DNA of 64,000 nt from Pseudomonadales bacterium. Lineage in GTDB: Bacteria; Pseudomonadota; Gammaproteobacteria; Pseudomonadales; UBA7434. The position numbers were made by a program, and so were the translations under genes. Location of the stretch: positions 24,564-88,563 of the forward strand of contig JAOIUY010000006.1 of the NCBI GenBank assembly GCA_028223755.1, read 5' to 3'. The first letter of the stretch is position 1, and each line of letters opens with the position of its first letter. Below are positions 44,987 through 57,677 of the stretch, one piece after another. The notes under the pieces were generated by a model, which worked only from the letters and a program-made list of their open reading frames with translations, was not told where the DNA came from and did no database searches.

Positions 44987-47491
44987 TTAAAATGAATTAT
45001 GTTTACTATGCTGGCTATTTTGTTGGCTGTTAAGGCTGCTACCTGATAATGATCGGTAACCTAAAATCGATTCATCGAGAATGTTTTCTAGTGCATTGCC
45101 TATGCCAAATAGTCCTTTGAGTTCAATTTGCAAAAAGATACTGCGATCGCGTTCATTGTCTCTGCCGGCGCCGCGATAGACGAGGCCATCACGATAGATA
45201 ACGCGTAATTTAATACAACAGTCATTGTACTCGATTCCGGCTAAGGATTCGTTATTACGATTTTGGGTAGTATCAAACTGATAGCGACCAATGATTGCCC
45301 AGCGAGAACTTAAAGCTGTGACAAAGCTGAGGTCGGCTTGTTCAATATCAGCTTCTAATAAGCTCAACCGGTTGTCGGCTTGTCGATAATGGTAGCCAAG
45401 GTTGGCAATCGTGGAATTACGTTGGCTGCTGTTCTCGCCAGTATTATAGCCGCCACTGCGGTAGCGCAATGAAAAGCTACCTTCTTCTAATTCATTGTCG
45501 TTTGAATCCCATAGGGCGCTGATATGGCTTTGCCATCGATTACCTAGGGTGGCCTCAATATCAGTGATGACGGCTGAGCTGTCGCTATCACTATTGCGGT
45601 TGGTCAGTGTGTTATTGGTCGTGCTGACATCTTCAAAATAGTTGATCTGTCCAATCGTGGCGGCAAGCGTTTCATGACCGCGAGCATTGAAGTGCCGGTG
45701 CGTTAAATACACTGCCGCTTGATGTGTGTCTTCAAGTCGATCATAGCCACTAAAAGCACTATTGCGTGTCAATTGATTGCGATTAATAGTGGTTAGTCCA
45801 GTATCAAATAAAGGCAGTGCACTTTGGTCGTCGGCGTCGCGGTAAACATAAAAAATGCCAGGCTCAAGCGTGCGGCGTGCGGCACTATTTTTTTCAAACA
45901 CCATATCAAATTTTAATTGCGCTTGCGGTGCGGTAATCGCAGGTGAATCATTCAGCGCATTAAAGTTATCATCTAAATCGTAGGTCAAATGCTGCACCCC
46001 AATTGATGGGGCGAGACGAATACCGCCCCATTGCATCGGGTAGTTAATATTGAATTCGCCAAAGCTCCGTGCACCTGAAGCTAGCTCATCATGCTCGAAG
46101 GCGGTGTGGCGCAAGTGGGCGTTGCCACCAATATGAAAAGGTATGGCTGATGATTGATAGCCGAGCCAGAGCTCAGGTGTTTTTTCAAACGGTTTAATAA
46201 TGTCGACATTGTTTTTATCGAGTGTTTGATACTGCTGAATGTTTAGTCCACCGGTCCAGTGGTCGCCGTAAAAATTTAATGCGGCGCGTTGGTTAAGATG
46301 AGTGGTGCGGTTAACAGAGAGGCTAGTGGTATTTAAATCGCGTAAATAGTCGTTATCACTGATACGGGTGAAATTAATGCGACTAAAAAAATATTTGGCA
46401 AATTGGCCTTGTTCTTTTATATCAATAACCCATCGACGACCATCGCTTGAGTTTTCATCTTCGGCAAATACAGAGTCGTTATTTACGTAAGCGCCACTAA
46501 TAACCCATTGATCAAAACGATTTAACCAGCGACCTTCAGCTTCTGTGATGTAACCGCGCTCTGCGTTATAACGTGGTGCTAATGTGGCGTCGATATTGGT
46601 TGCGAGGTTAAGGTAGTAGGGCAGCGTAATATCTATGCCGCTACTGCTGTCTGAAATGCTTGGGAATAACAAACCCGATTGTCGTGCTTCGCCAATCGGA
46701 AATTGTGCATAGGGTATGTAGGCAACCGGCACATTCTTAATTTTTAATTTAGCATGGCGCGCTTTACCTTGGCCGCTTTCTTTATCGAGCGTAATTTTTC
46801 CTGCATCTAGCTGCCATAAATTACTGTCGGGGCTGCATTGTGTATAGCTGCCATGATCAATTTGAATATTACCTTTGGCGTCGGCTGAAATTTTATCGGC
46901 ATTGCCGCGTATATGTTGTTGGTGAACAATGTAATTAGCATCGCGAATAATACTACTGTTCTGGTTGATATTGACGCTCGCTGAACTGCCACCAAATGCA
47001 GCGTCGCTAGATCGCACCACGACATTGCCGTTAAGTTCAAGTTTTTCTGACTCGGCTGCATAGGTAGCTTTATCTGCTTGTAGCGAGATATCACCTTGAG
47101 TCACTAATACGTTGTGTTCAAAAACGGTGAGCGATTCCTGCATCGTGGTGCTGCCAGCACTGGCTTCTATCGGCAGTGCTTCTTGATCGCTTGCCGGTTG
47201 TGAATTGCTATTAATGGAATTGCCGTTAACAGGATTGGCATTGATCGGGTTGATATAGCCGCCGCCGCAATAGTTGCTTCTACTGTCTTCGCTCTGCCAA
47301 TCTTGGTGGGCCAAGTTGCGATGATCAATATTAGTCGTGGGGGCCTGATGATTGATGATCGAAGTTGACGCGTCATCGGCAAAATCATCTTCTTCGCTGA
47401 TGTTTGTATTTTGTCCGGCTTGCGCAGCGGCAGCACACAGTAATAAGCATAAGGCTTGCGGTGCGTGCTTAGATGTCAGTTTTGGTCGCAT
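44987..47491 (-). CDS. lptD: LPS-assembly outer-membrane protein LptD
   Basis: 834 aa; signal peptide; OstA N-terminal domain; large C-terminal barrel; upstream of surA-pdxA-rsmA-apaGH. Confidence 0.92.
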   Translation of the reverse strand: MRPKLTSKHAPQALCLLLCAAAAQAGQNTNISEEDDFADDASTSIINHQAPTTNIDHRNLAHQDWQSEDSRSNYCGGGYINPINANPVNGNSINSNSQPASDQEALPIEASAGSTTMQESLTVFEHNVLVTQGDISLQADKATYAAESEKLELNGNVVVRSSDAAFGGSSASVNINQNSSIIRDANYIVHQQHIRGNADKISADAKGNIQIDHGSYTQCSPDSNLWQLDAGKITLDKESGQGKARHAKLKIKNVPVAYIPYAQFPIGEARQSGLLFPSISDSSSGIDITLPYYLNLATNIDATLAPRYNAERGYITEAEGRWLNRFDQWVISGAYVNNDSVFAEDENSSDGRRWVIDIKEQGQFAKYFFSRINFTRISDNDYLRDLNTTSLSVNRTTHLNQRAALNFYGDHWTGGLNIQQYQTLDKNNVDIIKPFEKTPELWLGYQSSAIPFHIGGNAHLRHTAFEHDELASGARSFGEFNINYPMQWGGIRLAPSIGVQHLTYDLDDNFNALNDSPAITAPQAQLKFDMVFEKNSAARRTLEPGIFYVYRDADDQSALPLFDTGLTTINRNQLTRNSAFSGYDRLEDTHQAAVYLTHRHFNARGHETLAATIGQINYFEDVSTTNNTLTNRNSDSDSSAVITDIEATLGNRWQSHISALWDSNDNELEEGSFSLRYRSGGYNTGENSSQRNSTIANLGYHYRQADNRLSLLEADIEQADLSFVTALSSRWAIIGRYQFDTTQNRNNESLAGIEYNDCCIKLRVIYRDGLVYRGAGRDNERDRSIFLQIELKGLFGIGNALENILDESILGYRSLSGSSLNSQQNSQHSKHNSF

Positions 47492-47639
47492 ACAATTTTG
47501 CTTGTTAATTATCGAGCAGTGGTCGATGGCTTGAGTGAATCATGCAACAATAGCTATTACAATCCACACGTCTGAATACGCATCGTTCTATGTTCTTTAT
47601 ACTTAAATGATAAAGATATTGCGATGATAAAGCATTCTG

Positions 47640-49366
<1,727 letters not shown>

Positions 49367-49387
49367 CTTTTCCATTGAATATTTGTT

Positions 49388-49406
49388 GCAAATAAGAATC
49401 ATTATC
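49388..49406. promoter_or_regulatory. Fur-box-like operator overlapping a sigma-70-like promoter
   Basis: GCAAATAAGAATCATTATC matches GATAATGATAATCATTATC at 15 of 19 positions (hand count). It sits between TTGCAA (49386-49391) and TAAACT (49408-49413), 16-nt spacer, 40 nt upstream of ATG 49446. Confidence 0.5.
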
Positions 49407-49445
49407 ATTTAAACTGCTCCCACGTTCGTTGAGGAGTATCTATTT

Positions 49446-49928
49446 ATGAAATTAACCTTTTTATGCGATTCGCATCGCGGAATGCTGAGTGAGAAGTCAT
49501 CACTGGCGATTAATTGTTGGCAAAACGGGTTTGATACTGGTCAGTTATTTCACGACCAAAAATTGTGGCAGGAGGCATTGCCACATTTGGGTTGTGCTTT
49601 TGAATCGGCAGAAATTATGATTTCTACACGCGCGCTAGATCGTCCTAATGCCTATGAATTGTTTACCTACTCGGCGGTATTGCTAGCCGATACTTTTATG
49701 CAGTTAAAGTATGTTGAGCGGGGCCGTGAAATTTGTTTGTTGACGATTGCGCGCTTTGAAAAAGAGCTTAATTTTTTTCCTGAGACGCAGGAGTTAGTTA
49801 AGGCGCAGTTGGATATTCTCTATCAGTCGATTCATCAACTGAATAGTCTGTCATTAAAGGTTGATAAAAAGATAGATCAGAATCTCGATCATTGTACTTC
49901 GCTATTTTATTCGCCATTAAAAGCCTAG
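49446..49928 (+). CDS. Hypothetical cytoplasmic protein (160 aa, helical, family not recognised)
   Basis: GAGGAG Shine-Dalgarno sequence 10 nt upstream; no signal peptide or TM; no motif I can name. Confidence 0.5.
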   Translation: MKLTFLCDSHRGMLSEKSSLAINCWQNGFDTGQLFHDQKLWQEALPHLGCAFESAEIMISTRALDRPNAYELFTYSAVLLADTFMQLKYVERGREICLLTIARFEKELNFFPETQELVKAQLDILYQSIHQLNSLSLKVDKKIDQNLDHCTSLFYSPLKA

Positions 49929-49943
49929 CAAGGAGTTAAAACG

Positions 49944-50099
49944 ATGTCTTATATTCAAGTTGAATTAGATGCTAATACATTACGACAGTTAGTTGCGGGA
50001 GATTTGTTAAGCTTGTCCGATGTGCATGGTTTAAACCAGCCATCCGATAGCGCACTTAAAAAAATCTTGTTAGACAGTTTAAAAAAATCGGCTATTTAA
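49944..50099 (+). CDS. Small hypothetical protein (51 aa), not in the ORF track
   Basis: AAGGAG 8 nt upstream of ATG 49944; translation MSYIQVELDANTLRQLVAGDLLSLSDVHGLNQPSDSALKKILLDSLKKSAI; 15 nt after the upstream stop. Confidence 0.35.
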   Translation: MSYIQVELDANTLRQLVAGDLLSLSDVHGLNQPSDSALKKILLDSLKKSAI

Positions 50100-50108
50100 G
50101 CTTTAAAA

Positions 50109-50936
50109 TTAGAATTTTTTAAACCGTGTTTCCAGCCAGTCTCTGACGCGGCGCTGGGTATGGTCAATACCGGCTGAGCCCTGTGGCGAAGTGATTAAAC
50201 GATAATTTTGCGCAAAGCCTGCAAGATTAAATTGACGGACTCGTTCAGCTTTTTCTGTTGCGCTAATACCGTGATCAACAACATCCAATACAGTAATTTG
50301 ACTTTGCGCTAACGATTTTAATTGCGGTAGTGATAATCCATGACGATCGACTCGCCAAAGAACTAAGCCACTCGTTGCATCAGCTTGACTGATCGATGCT
50401 TGTATCGCACGTTGTGCACTATGATTTTCTGCCACTAACGCTACCGAGCGCATACCTTTATCAAACAAAAAGCCAATACTCGTTGCGATGCGCGCTGCAG
50501 CTAATGCTTCTTGTGCTTCATTCGGTGTCTCTGTCTTTTCCGCACTTTTAGGTAAACTCATATGCAAGGTTGACCAGCCTGTCATCGGTAGCTCGATGTA
50601 AAGTTGGCGCATTAAGCTTCGTTGCGCTAATTTATGAATGCTATCAGGCATCAAAACAACGGCCATTTGTGCAGCTTGAAGGGCGGGGCGATAAAGCGTA
50701 ATAAATGTTTCTTCGCCCTCGTCGAGCCAGATGATTTCATTGGGCTCTAATGCAGCGGCTAGTGAAATCATATGGTTTTGCTGCGGAGGCACAGACGTAC
50801 GCTCCAAAATTAGCGTATCACCTGTCTCGTCATGTTGCTCAGCTTCTGTGGCAATTTCGTTAGCGGTAGCGGTTAGACTGGCGAGCAATAGAATTAAGTG
50901 AGCTGAGTAAATAAGTGTGCTGTTCGATTGCGACAT
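50109..50936 (-). CDS. Exported alpha/beta-hydrolase-like protein, DUF3530-like
   Basis: Signal peptide. The block IIWLDEGEETFITLYRP..AVVLMPD....LMRQLYIELPMTGWSTLHMSLP resembles the recalled DUF3530 pattern. Confidence 0.5.
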   Translation of the reverse strand: MSQSNSTLIYSAHLILLLASLTATANEIATEAEQHDETGDTLILERTSVPPQQNHMISLAAALEPNEIIWLDEGEETFITLYRPALQAAQMAVVLMPDSIHKLAQRSLMRQLYIELPMTGWSTLHMSLPKSAEKTETPNEAQEALAAARIATSIGFLFDKGMRSVALVAENHSAQRAIQASISQADATSGLVLWRVDRHGLSLPQLKSLAQSQITVLDVVDHGISATEKAERVRQFNLAGFAQNYRLITSPQGSAGIDHTQRRVRDWLETRFKKF

Positions 50937-51095
50937 AGTTCAGTAGAATCTCGTTATGATTATCAGCGCATAATAAGCCCAGCGCAGATATTTTGCAGCA
51001 AAGCTTGGATTTTTAGTGTTTTTTAAACCGATTCGATCCAATCGTTCGACGGAAAGGTTAATCATTCATCAATCTATTTATGGATAGGCATAAAC

Positions 51096-51764
51096 ATGAC
51101 CGATTTTAAAATAGCACCTTCTATCTTATCAGCTGATGTTGCTCGCCTAGGAGAAGAGGTTGATACGGTGCTGGCCGCCGGTGCCGATATGGTGCATTTT
51201 GATGTTATGGATAATCACTATGTGCCTAACCTAACTATTGGTCCGATGGTCTGTAAGGCTTTGCGCAGTCATGGCGTGATTGCGCCGATCGATGTGCATT
51301 TGATGGTCAGCCCTGTTGATCGACTTATCGGCGATTTTGCTGAAGCGGGTGCCTCGTATATTACTTTTCACCCTGAGGCGAGTAATCATGTGGATCGCTC
51401 TTTGCAGTTAATTAAGGATGCAGGCTGTAAAGCCGGATTGGTGTTTAACCCTGCCACACCTTTAGATGCTCTGAGTCATGTAATGGATAAGCTGGATATG
51501 ATTTTGCTGATGTCGGTTAACCCCGGTTTTGGTGGTCAGTCTTTTATTCCGTCAACACTGTCTAAGTTGACTGAGGCGCGTGAATTAATAGATTCGACTG
51601 GCCGTGATATCCGTCTGGAGGTCGATGGTGGTGTGAGTGCTGCTAATATCCGTGAAATTGCTCAGGCGGGGGCGGATACCTTTGTTGCTGGGTCGGCCAT
51701 ATTTAATACGGATGACTATAAGGCTGTCATTGATAAAATGCGTGCTGAGCTAGCACAGGCTTAA
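51096..51764 (+). CDS. rpe: Ribulose-phosphate 3-epimerase
   Basis: [23 protein letters not shown], and [13 protein letters not shown]. Confidence 0.95.
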   Translation: MTDFKIAPSILSADVARLGEEVDTVLAAGADMVHFDVMDNHYVPNLTIGPMVCKALRSHGVIAPIDVHLMVSPVDRLIGDFAEAGASYITFHPEASNHVDRSLQLIKDAGCKAGLVFNPATPLDALSHVMDKLDMILLMSVNPGFGGQSFIPSTLSKLTEARELIDSTGRDIRLEVDGGVSAANIREIAQAGADTFVAGSAIFNTDDYKAVIDKMRAELAQA

Positions 51765-52035
51765 ATGGGTTATTATCGGCCGATTAAACAAATAACAACT
51801 TGCGAGACCCGCTGGCTGGGTTACAATTAAAGAACGTAATGTGATCAATCCTGTTGGTCGCTATTAAGTTAGCCATTTATATTAGCTTTGTCTCACGCTA
51901 ATTTGATATGGCCCCAGATAAGTAACCGGTGGATAGAGTGAACCAAAAAAATAGTTTTTTACGATGGCGTTGGCAATAACCATTAATTCGTTGATATCGA
52001 ATGTATTTCGATAGCTATTTTTTTGCAATTACCGT

Positions 52036-53619
52036 GTGACTCAACTGTCTGGATTCGCCATGAACCTCAACTTACAACAATTCTCTGATCTTGCTAGCGC
52101 AGGCTATAACCGTATTCCAGTGACTCGCGAAGTGCTTGCGGATATGGATACACCGCTTAGCGCCTACCATAAACTGGCTTCTGGCCAGTATTCTTATTTA
52201 TTTGAATCAGTACAAGGCGGTGAAAAATGGGGCCGCTATTCGATTATCGGCCTGCCATGCCGTACGGTTTTAAAAGTCTTTGGTGAGCATATTACGGTTG
52301 AGCATGATGGTGTCGTTATTGAAGAGACCAATATGGCTGATCCGTTAGTGTTTGTTGAGGCTTTTCAGGCGCGTTATACCGCCCCGGATATTGAAGGCCT
52401 GCCGGCATTTTTTGGTGGGCTAGTCGGTTACTTTGGTTACGACACGGTTCGTTATGTTGAGCCTAAGTTAAAAAGTTCGACGCCGCCGGATCAGCTCGGC
52501 ACGCCCGATATTTTATTAATGGTCTCTGAAGAAGTATTGGTGTTTGATAATCTGGCTGGCAAAATTCATATTGTTGCGCATGCTGATCCGAGTCAGGTTG
52601 ATTCCAATCAAGACGGTGATGATGCAGCTCGTTACGAACTAGCGATGAATAAAGCAGTTGATCGTATTAATACCTTAGCAGCTAAATTGCCTGTTGCTAC
52701 ACCCGCGCTACCACCTATTGGTTTAGAACAAGAGCAGCAAGAAGGTGAGAGCCCAAGTTTAAATGAGAGCGATTTCAAGTCGGGCTTTACCCAAGAAGAC
52801 TACGAAGCCGTTGTTGAAAAAATAAAAGCCTACACCTTAGCCGGTGATGTGATGCAGGTGGTTCCCTCGCAGCGTATGCGTGTACCATTTACTGTGCCGC
52901 CGCTTAATTTGTATCGTTCGCTGCGCAGTTTAAATCCTTCGCCGTATATGTATTTTCTTGATTTGGGTGATTTTCAAATTGTCGGTTCATCGCCAGAAAT
53001 TCTTGCGCGCGTTGAAGAGGATGTTGTTACCGTTCGCCCAATTGCTGGTACCCGTCGCCGCGGTTATACCGAAGAAGAAGATGATGCGTTAGAAGCTGAA
53101 CTACTAGCCGACCCTAAAGAAATTGCTGAGCATTTAATGTTAATTGATTTGGGACGTAATGATGCAGGTCGCGTTTCTGAAATTGGCTCAGTAAAACTCA
53201 CCGATAAAATGATTGTTGAACGCTACTCGCACGTTATGCATATTGTTTCTAACGTTACAGGTAAAGTGCGCAAAGGGTTAAGTGCAATTGATGTATTAAA
53301 AGCGGCATTGCCAGCAGGTACATTAAGTGGTGCGCCTAAAGTACGCGCTATGCAAATTATTGATGAGGTTGAGCCGGTTAAGCGCGGTATTTATGGTGGC
53401 GCAGTTGGCTATATTAGTTGGAAAGGCAATATGGATACTGCTATTGCTATTCGTACTGCAGTTATTAAAGACGGCGTATTAAATGTGCAGGCCGGTGGAG
53501 GTGTGGTTGCTGATTCCGTGCCTCGATTAGAGTGGAAAGAAACCATGAATAAATCGCGCGCGATGTTTCGTGCTGCAGCACAAGCCAGTCGTCCAACAAA
53601 ACATGAAGGAGAATCGTAA
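52036..53619 (+). CDS. trpE: Anthranilate synthase component I
   Basis: [21 protein letters not shown], and [15 protein letters not shown]. The likelier start is ATG 52060 (MNLNLQQF..). Confidence 0.93.
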   Translation: MTQLSGFAMNLNLQQFSDLASAGYNRIPVTREVLADMDTPLSAYHKLASGQYSYLFESVQGGEKWGRYSIIGLPCRTVLKVFGEHITVEHDGVVIEETNMADPLVFVEAFQARYTAPDIEGLPAFFGGLVGYFGYDTVRYVEPKLKSSTPPDQLGTPDILLMVSEEVLVFDNLAGKIHIVAHADPSQVDSNQDGDDAARYELAMNKAVDRINTLAAKLPVATPALPPIGLEQEQQEGESPSLNESDFKSGFTQEDYEAVVEKIKAYTLAGDVMQVVPSQRMRVPFTVPPLNLYRSLRSLNPSPYMYFLDLGDFQIVGSSPEILARVEEDVVTVRPIAGTRRRGYTEEEDDALEAELLADPKEIAEHLMLIDLGRNDAGRVSEIGSVKLTDKMIVERYSHVMHIVSNVTGKVRKGLSAIDVLKAALPAGTLSGAPKVRAMQIIDEVEPVKRGIYGGAVGYISWKGNMDTAIAIRTAVIKDGVLNVQAGGGVVADSVPRLEWKETMNKSRAMFRAAAQASRPTKHEGES

Positions 53620-54197
53620 TGCTATTAATGGTCGATAACTACGATTCATTCACTTACAACGTGGTTCAGTATTTGGGTGAGTTAGGCGCAGACGTTAACG
53701 TAGTACGCAATGATGAAATCAGTTGCGATGATATTACTCAATTGGCGCCCGAAAAAATTGTTATTTCACCTGGTCCTTGTACGCCTAACGAAGCCGGTAT
53801 ATCGCTTGAATTAGTTGATCGCTTCGCAGGTAAGATTCCATTGCTGGGTATTTGCTTGGGGCATCAAAGTATTGGTCAGGCTTTTGGCGGTAAAGTTGTT
53901 CGCGCTCGTGAGGTTATGCATGGCAAAACCTCACCGATTTATCATAACGGCACTGGCGTATTTGCAGGATTAAATAATCCCTACGAAGCAACGCGCTACC
54001 ATTCTTTAGTGGTTGAAAAAGAAAGTTTGCCAGACTGTTTTGAAATTACTGCATGGACTCAACATGAAGATGGATCGATGGATGAGATTATGGGTTTACG
54101 CCATAAAACCTTAGCGGTTGAAGGTGTGCAGTTTCATCCTGAATCGATTTTAACTGAGTTCGGTTACGAGTTACTTGATAATTTTTTAAAGGCTTGA
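53619..54197 (+). CDS. trpG: Anthranilate synthase component II (glutamine amidotransferase)
   Basis: [18 protein letters not shown], and FHPES. Confidence 0.93.
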   Translation: MLLMVDNYDSFTYNVVQYLGELGADVNVVRNDEISCDDITQLAPEKIVISPGPCTPNEAGISLELVDRFAGKIPLLGICLGHQSIGQAFGGKVVRAREVMHGKTSPIYHNGTGVFAGLNNPYEATRYHSLVVEKESLPDCFEITAWTQHEDGSMDEIMGLRHKTLAVEGVQFHPESILTEFGYELLDNFLKA

Positions 54198-54201
54198 GTT
54201 T

Positions 54202-55251
54202 ATGAATATCCAGTCAGCGATTAGCGCGGCCATTGAGCAGCAGGATTTATCAGAATCAGAAATGATTGCGGTGATGCGCTCAATTATGACCGGTGAGGCA
54301 ACACCAGCTCAAATTGCCGGTTTTTTAGTGGCGCTGCGCATTAAGGGTGAGACGGTAACCGAAATTGCTGCCGCCGCAACGGTAATGCGAGAGCTCGCAA
54401 CAGCCGTAGATGTGACCGGTGATCATTTAGTAGATATTGTTGGCACCGGCGGTGATGGCGCACGTTTATTTAATGTGTCGACGGCCAGTACCTTTGTTGC
54501 TGCAGCGGCAGGTTGTCAGGTAGCTAAACATGGTAACCGTTCAGTCAGTAGCTCAAGCGGTGCAGCTGATGTGTTAGAAGCCGCCGATGTGCGTCTTGAT
54601 ATTAATGCCGAACAAGTAGCACATTGTGTTGAAAGCGTTGGTGTTGGTTTTATGTTTGCACAAAACCATCACGGTGCTATGCGTCATGCCATTGGCCCAC
54701 GAAAAGAATTGGGAACAAGAACCTTATTTAATGTGTTAGGACCCATTACTAATCCGGCGGGTGTTAAAAACCAGTTGCTCGGAGTTTATTCGCGTGATTT
54801 AGTGCGACCTATTGCCGATGTATTAAATGCCTTAGGTAGCAATCATGTCATGGTCGTACACTCGGCTGATGGCTTAGATGAAATCAGTATTGCGGCTGAG
54901 ACTTATGTCGCCGAATTAAAAGGCGGTGTTGTCACTGAGTATACGGTTTCTCCTGAACAGGTCGGTATGAGTATCACAGCGATTGACGATTTATCGGTTG
55001 CTGATGCTGCAGAGAGTTTGCAGTTAATTCAGTCGGTGTTAGGTAAAACAAAAGGTGATTTTTCTGCGCGTGAACAAGCGGCGGCCGATATTATTGCGAT
55101 TAATGCTGGTGCCGCTATTTATGTGGCTGGCTGTGCATCTGATTGGCAGCAAGGCGTAGTAATAGCACAGGATATGATTGCATCCGGTATGGCTTTAGAG
55201 AAAATGAAAGAGCTGGCCGATTTTACTGCGGCTTTAAAAGCGGCAGAATAA
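54202..55251 (+). CDS. trpD: Anthranilate phosphoribosyltransferase
   Basis: DIVGTGGDG, KHGNRSVSS, and GPITNPAG. Confidence 0.93.
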   Translation: MNIQSAISAAIEQQDLSESEMIAVMRSIMTGEATPAQIAGFLVALRIKGETVTEIAAAATVMRELATAVDVTGDHLVDIVGTGGDGARLFNVSTASTFVAAAAGCQVAKHGNRSVSSSSGAADVLEAADVRLDINAEQVAHCVESVGVGFMFAQNHHGAMRHAIGPRKELGTRTLFNVLGPITNPAGVKNQLLGVYSRDLVRPIADVLNALGSNHVMVVHSADGLDEISIAAETYVAELKGGVVTEYTVSPEQVGMSITAIDDLSVADAAESLQLIQSVLGKTKGDFSAREQAAADIIAINAGAAIYVAGCASDWQQGVVIAQDMIASGMALEKMKELADFTAALKAAE

Positions 55252-55274
55252 TTAAGTAGCAGAATAGATATTAT

Positions 55275-56087
55275 ATGAGTACACAGTTTAGTTCGGATAC
55301 ACCCACCATCTTAAAAAAAATTCTTGATCGTAAGGTCGAGGAAATAGCCGAGCGCAGCGCTATTCGTTCGCAAGCCGAGTTGATGACGGCCATTGCGGAT
55401 GCAAGCCCTTGTCGAGGTTTCGTTGCCGCTATGCAACGGACTTTAGATGCAGGTCATTCGGCGGTGATTGCTGAAGTTAAAAAAGCTTCGCCAAGTAAAG
55501 GTGTGATTCGCGAAGATTTTGACCCAGCCAGTATTGCGCGCAGTTATGAAAAAGGCGGCGCGGCTTGTTTGTCGGTATTGACAGATATTGATTTTTTTCA
55601 GGGTGCGGATAACTATTTAGTTGAGGCGCGTAAAGCATGTCAGTTACCTGTGATCCGTAAGGACTTTATTATTGATCCTTATCAAATTTACGAAGCGCGT
55701 GCGATGGGCGCCGATTGTATTTTATTGATTGTTGCAGCGCTTACCGATAACCAGCTGCAATTATTAAATGAATGTGCGTTGTCTTTGGGTATGGATGTTT
55801 TGGTTGAAGTGCATAATCGCGATGAGCTGATTCGCTCACTGCCGTTAGGCAATACTTTGGTCGGTATTAATAATCGTGATCTGCATTTATTTGAAACCAG
55901 TCATGAAAATACTTATCAGTTATTAGATGACATACCTGCAGATCGTATCGTAGTCACTGAGAGTGGTATTCACACGGCGGAAGATGTTGCCGCTATGCGC
56001 GCGCATGATGTCAATGCGTTTTTAGTGGGCGAAGCCTTTATGCGCGCCGATGAGCCGGGCGAGCGACTGCACGATTTATTTTTTTAA
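55275..56087 (+). CDS. trpC: Indole-3-glycerol phosphate synthase
   Basis: [23 protein letters not shown], and VGINNRDL. Confidence 0.93.
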   Translation: MSTQFSSDTPTILKKILDRKVEEIAERSAIRSQAELMTAIADASPCRGFVAAMQRTLDAGHSAVIAEVKKASPSKGVIREDFDPASIARSYEKGGAACLSVLTDIDFFQGADNYLVEARKACQLPVIRKDFIIDPYQIYEARAMGADCILLIVAALTDNQLQLLNECALSLGMDVLVEVHNRDELIRSLPLGNTLVGINNRDLHLFETSHENTYQLLDDIPADRIVVTESGIHTAEDVAAMRAHDVNAFLVGEAFMRADEPGERLHDLFF

Positions 56088-56108
56088 TCGAAGATTATTC
56101 TTAACAAC

Positions 56109-56141
56109 AAAAAACGGCAGCTATTAAAGCTGCCGTTTTTT
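56109..56141. terminator. Bidirectional rho-independent terminator between trpC and crp
   Basis: ACGGCAGCT / AGCTGCCGT, a 9-bp stem, flanked by A6 upstream and T6 downstream. Confidence 0.75.
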
Positions 56142-56191
56142 GTTGTTGCTCGTGCCAGTTTTGTTGTTGCTGATTTGGCGTTGTTACTGGT

Positions 56192-56896
56192 TTAGCGAGT
56201 ACCGAAAACAACCATGGTCTTTCCTTTGACCCCGACTAAACCTTGTTCTTCAAGATCTTTAAGTACGCGACCAACCATTTCGCGAGAGCAGCCAACAATA
56301 CGGCCGATTTCTTGGCGGGTAATTTTGATTTGCATACCATCGGGATGCGTCATTGCATCGGGCTCTTTGCATAATTCAAGCAAGGTGCGAGCAACACGAC
56401 CGGTAACATCAAGAAATGCTAAGTCGCCAACCTTTCGAGTGGTTTTGCGCAGGCGCTTGGCCATTTGCTGACTGACCGAAAACATTAAATCAGGATGCTG
56501 TTCAGAGAGTTCATGAAATTTAGCAAAGCTAATTTCTGCAACTTCACATTCTGTCTTGGCGCGGATCCAGGCGCTACGGGCATCTTCGTTATCAAATAAG
56601 CCCATTTCGCCAAAAAAGTCGCCGTCGTTAAGGTAGGCAACAATCATTTCTTTGCCTTCATCGTCTTCGATGGCAACGGTAACTGAGCCCTTAATAATGT
56701 AATACAAGGTCTCTGAAGTATCACCGGCATAGATAATGGTGCTTTTAACGGGATAGCGACGCCGATGGCTATTGGCAATAAGCGTCTCTGCATTTTTAAT
56801 ATGGGGAGTGAGCGGTACGGGAGTCACAAATGATCTTCCTTTGGCAGCGGGTGGTACATCACGGTGTGTGTTTGGGTTCAATTTGGGAGCTAGCAT
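56192..56896 (-). CDS. crp: cAMP receptor protein (Crp/Vfr)
   Basis: Collinear with recalled E. coli CRP: [86 protein letters not shown]. Confidence 0.93.
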   Translation of the reverse strand: MLAPKLNPNTHRDVPPAAKGRSFVTPVPLTPHIKNAETLIANSHRRRYPVKSTIIYAGDTSETLYYIIKGSVTVAIEDDEGKEMIVAYLNDGDFFGEMGLFDNEDARSAWIRAKTECEVAEISFAKFHELSEQHPDLMFSVSQQMAKRLRKTTRKVGDLAFLDVTGRVARTLLELCKEPDAMTHPDGMQIKITRQEIGRIVGCSREMVGRVLKDLEEQGLVGVKGKTMVVFGTR

Positions 56897-56970
56897 AATA
56901 TATCAACAACCTCTGTGCGTGAGACAACAAATTTATCGGCTTTCTTCATTTAAGTATTGTCTATATTGAG

Positions 56971-56986
56971 TGTGAAACCAGTCACA
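56971..56986. promoter_or_regulatory. Consensus CRP/Vfr binding site TGTGA-N6-TCACA upstream of crp
   Basis: TGTGAAACCAGTCACA has both half-sites perfect and lies about 75 nt upstream of the annotated crp start. A second half-site TGTGA is at 56998-57002. Confidence 0.6.
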
Positions 56987-57254
56987 GTTGTTTAAAATGT
57001 GAACTGGCACTCGTTATGTTGAAATTTTGATCAATCGAGGTTTTGGTGGTTTTATCTAAGTGTCTGAATTTTCTATAAATCTAATGAAATAATGGTGAAA
57101 ATTGATTTTTGCTGTTTGGTGACACTAAAAAAGCATACTGAACAAAAAGAAGCGGGTATCATTCGCATCCTGATCAACTATTGCATTTATTGTTGAGACG
57201 GTCCCTATTTTTGAGAAGAACCTATTTTTGCAACAAAGCTGTGAGAGGTAGAGC

Positions 57255-57677
57255 ATGAAGGCAACGGTCCAGTGGACTGGCAATGTCAGTTTTAAAGCGG
57301 AATCTGAAACCGGTCATACCGTACAAATGGATGGGCCTGCCGATCAAGGTGGCGAAAACTTAGGGCCTAGACCTATGGAGATGCTGCTAATGGGTATGGG
57401 CGGCTGTGCTTCTTTCGATGTGATGTCGATGTTGAACAAGGGTCGTCAGGATGTGGTGAGTTGTGTCGCTGAACTCAGTGCCGAACGTGCCGACGCAGTG
57501 CCCGCCGTATTTACTCATATCCATCTCAAATTTATTGTTACTGGCAATCAATTAAAAGATGCGCAAGTTAAGCGTGCCGTGAGTTTGTCGGCCGAGAAGT
57601 ATTGTTCGGCATCTATTATGATGGAGAAAGCCGGTGTAGAAGTTACCCATAGTTATGTCGTTGAGGAGGTATCATGA
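57255..57677 (+). CDS. OsmC/Ohr family protein
   Basis: 140 aa with two conserved Cys contexts (GMGGCASFD and EKYCSAS). Confidence 0.8.
   Translation: MKATVQWTGNVSFKAESETGHTVQMDGPADQGGENLGPRPMEMLLMGMGGCASFDVMSMLNKGRQDVVSCVAELSAERADAVPAVFTHIHLKFIVTGNQLKDAQVKRAVSLSAEKYCSASIMMEKAGVEVTHSYVVEEVS

Noticed and set aside
51995-52013. Inverted repeat TATCGAA-N5-TTCGATA upstream of trpE. I also searched 51765-52035 for a Trp-rich leader peptide or attenuator.
   Set aside because: Arms of 7 bp in AT-rich DNA are too short to call an operator. No tandem Trp codons or alternative hairpins were seen.
51765-52035. Absence of a phosphoglycolate phosphatase (gph) gene between rpe and trpE, where pseudomonads have one.
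   Set aside because: This is a synteny difference only. The gap is too short to hide a gene or pseudogene, and gph may simply be elsewhere.
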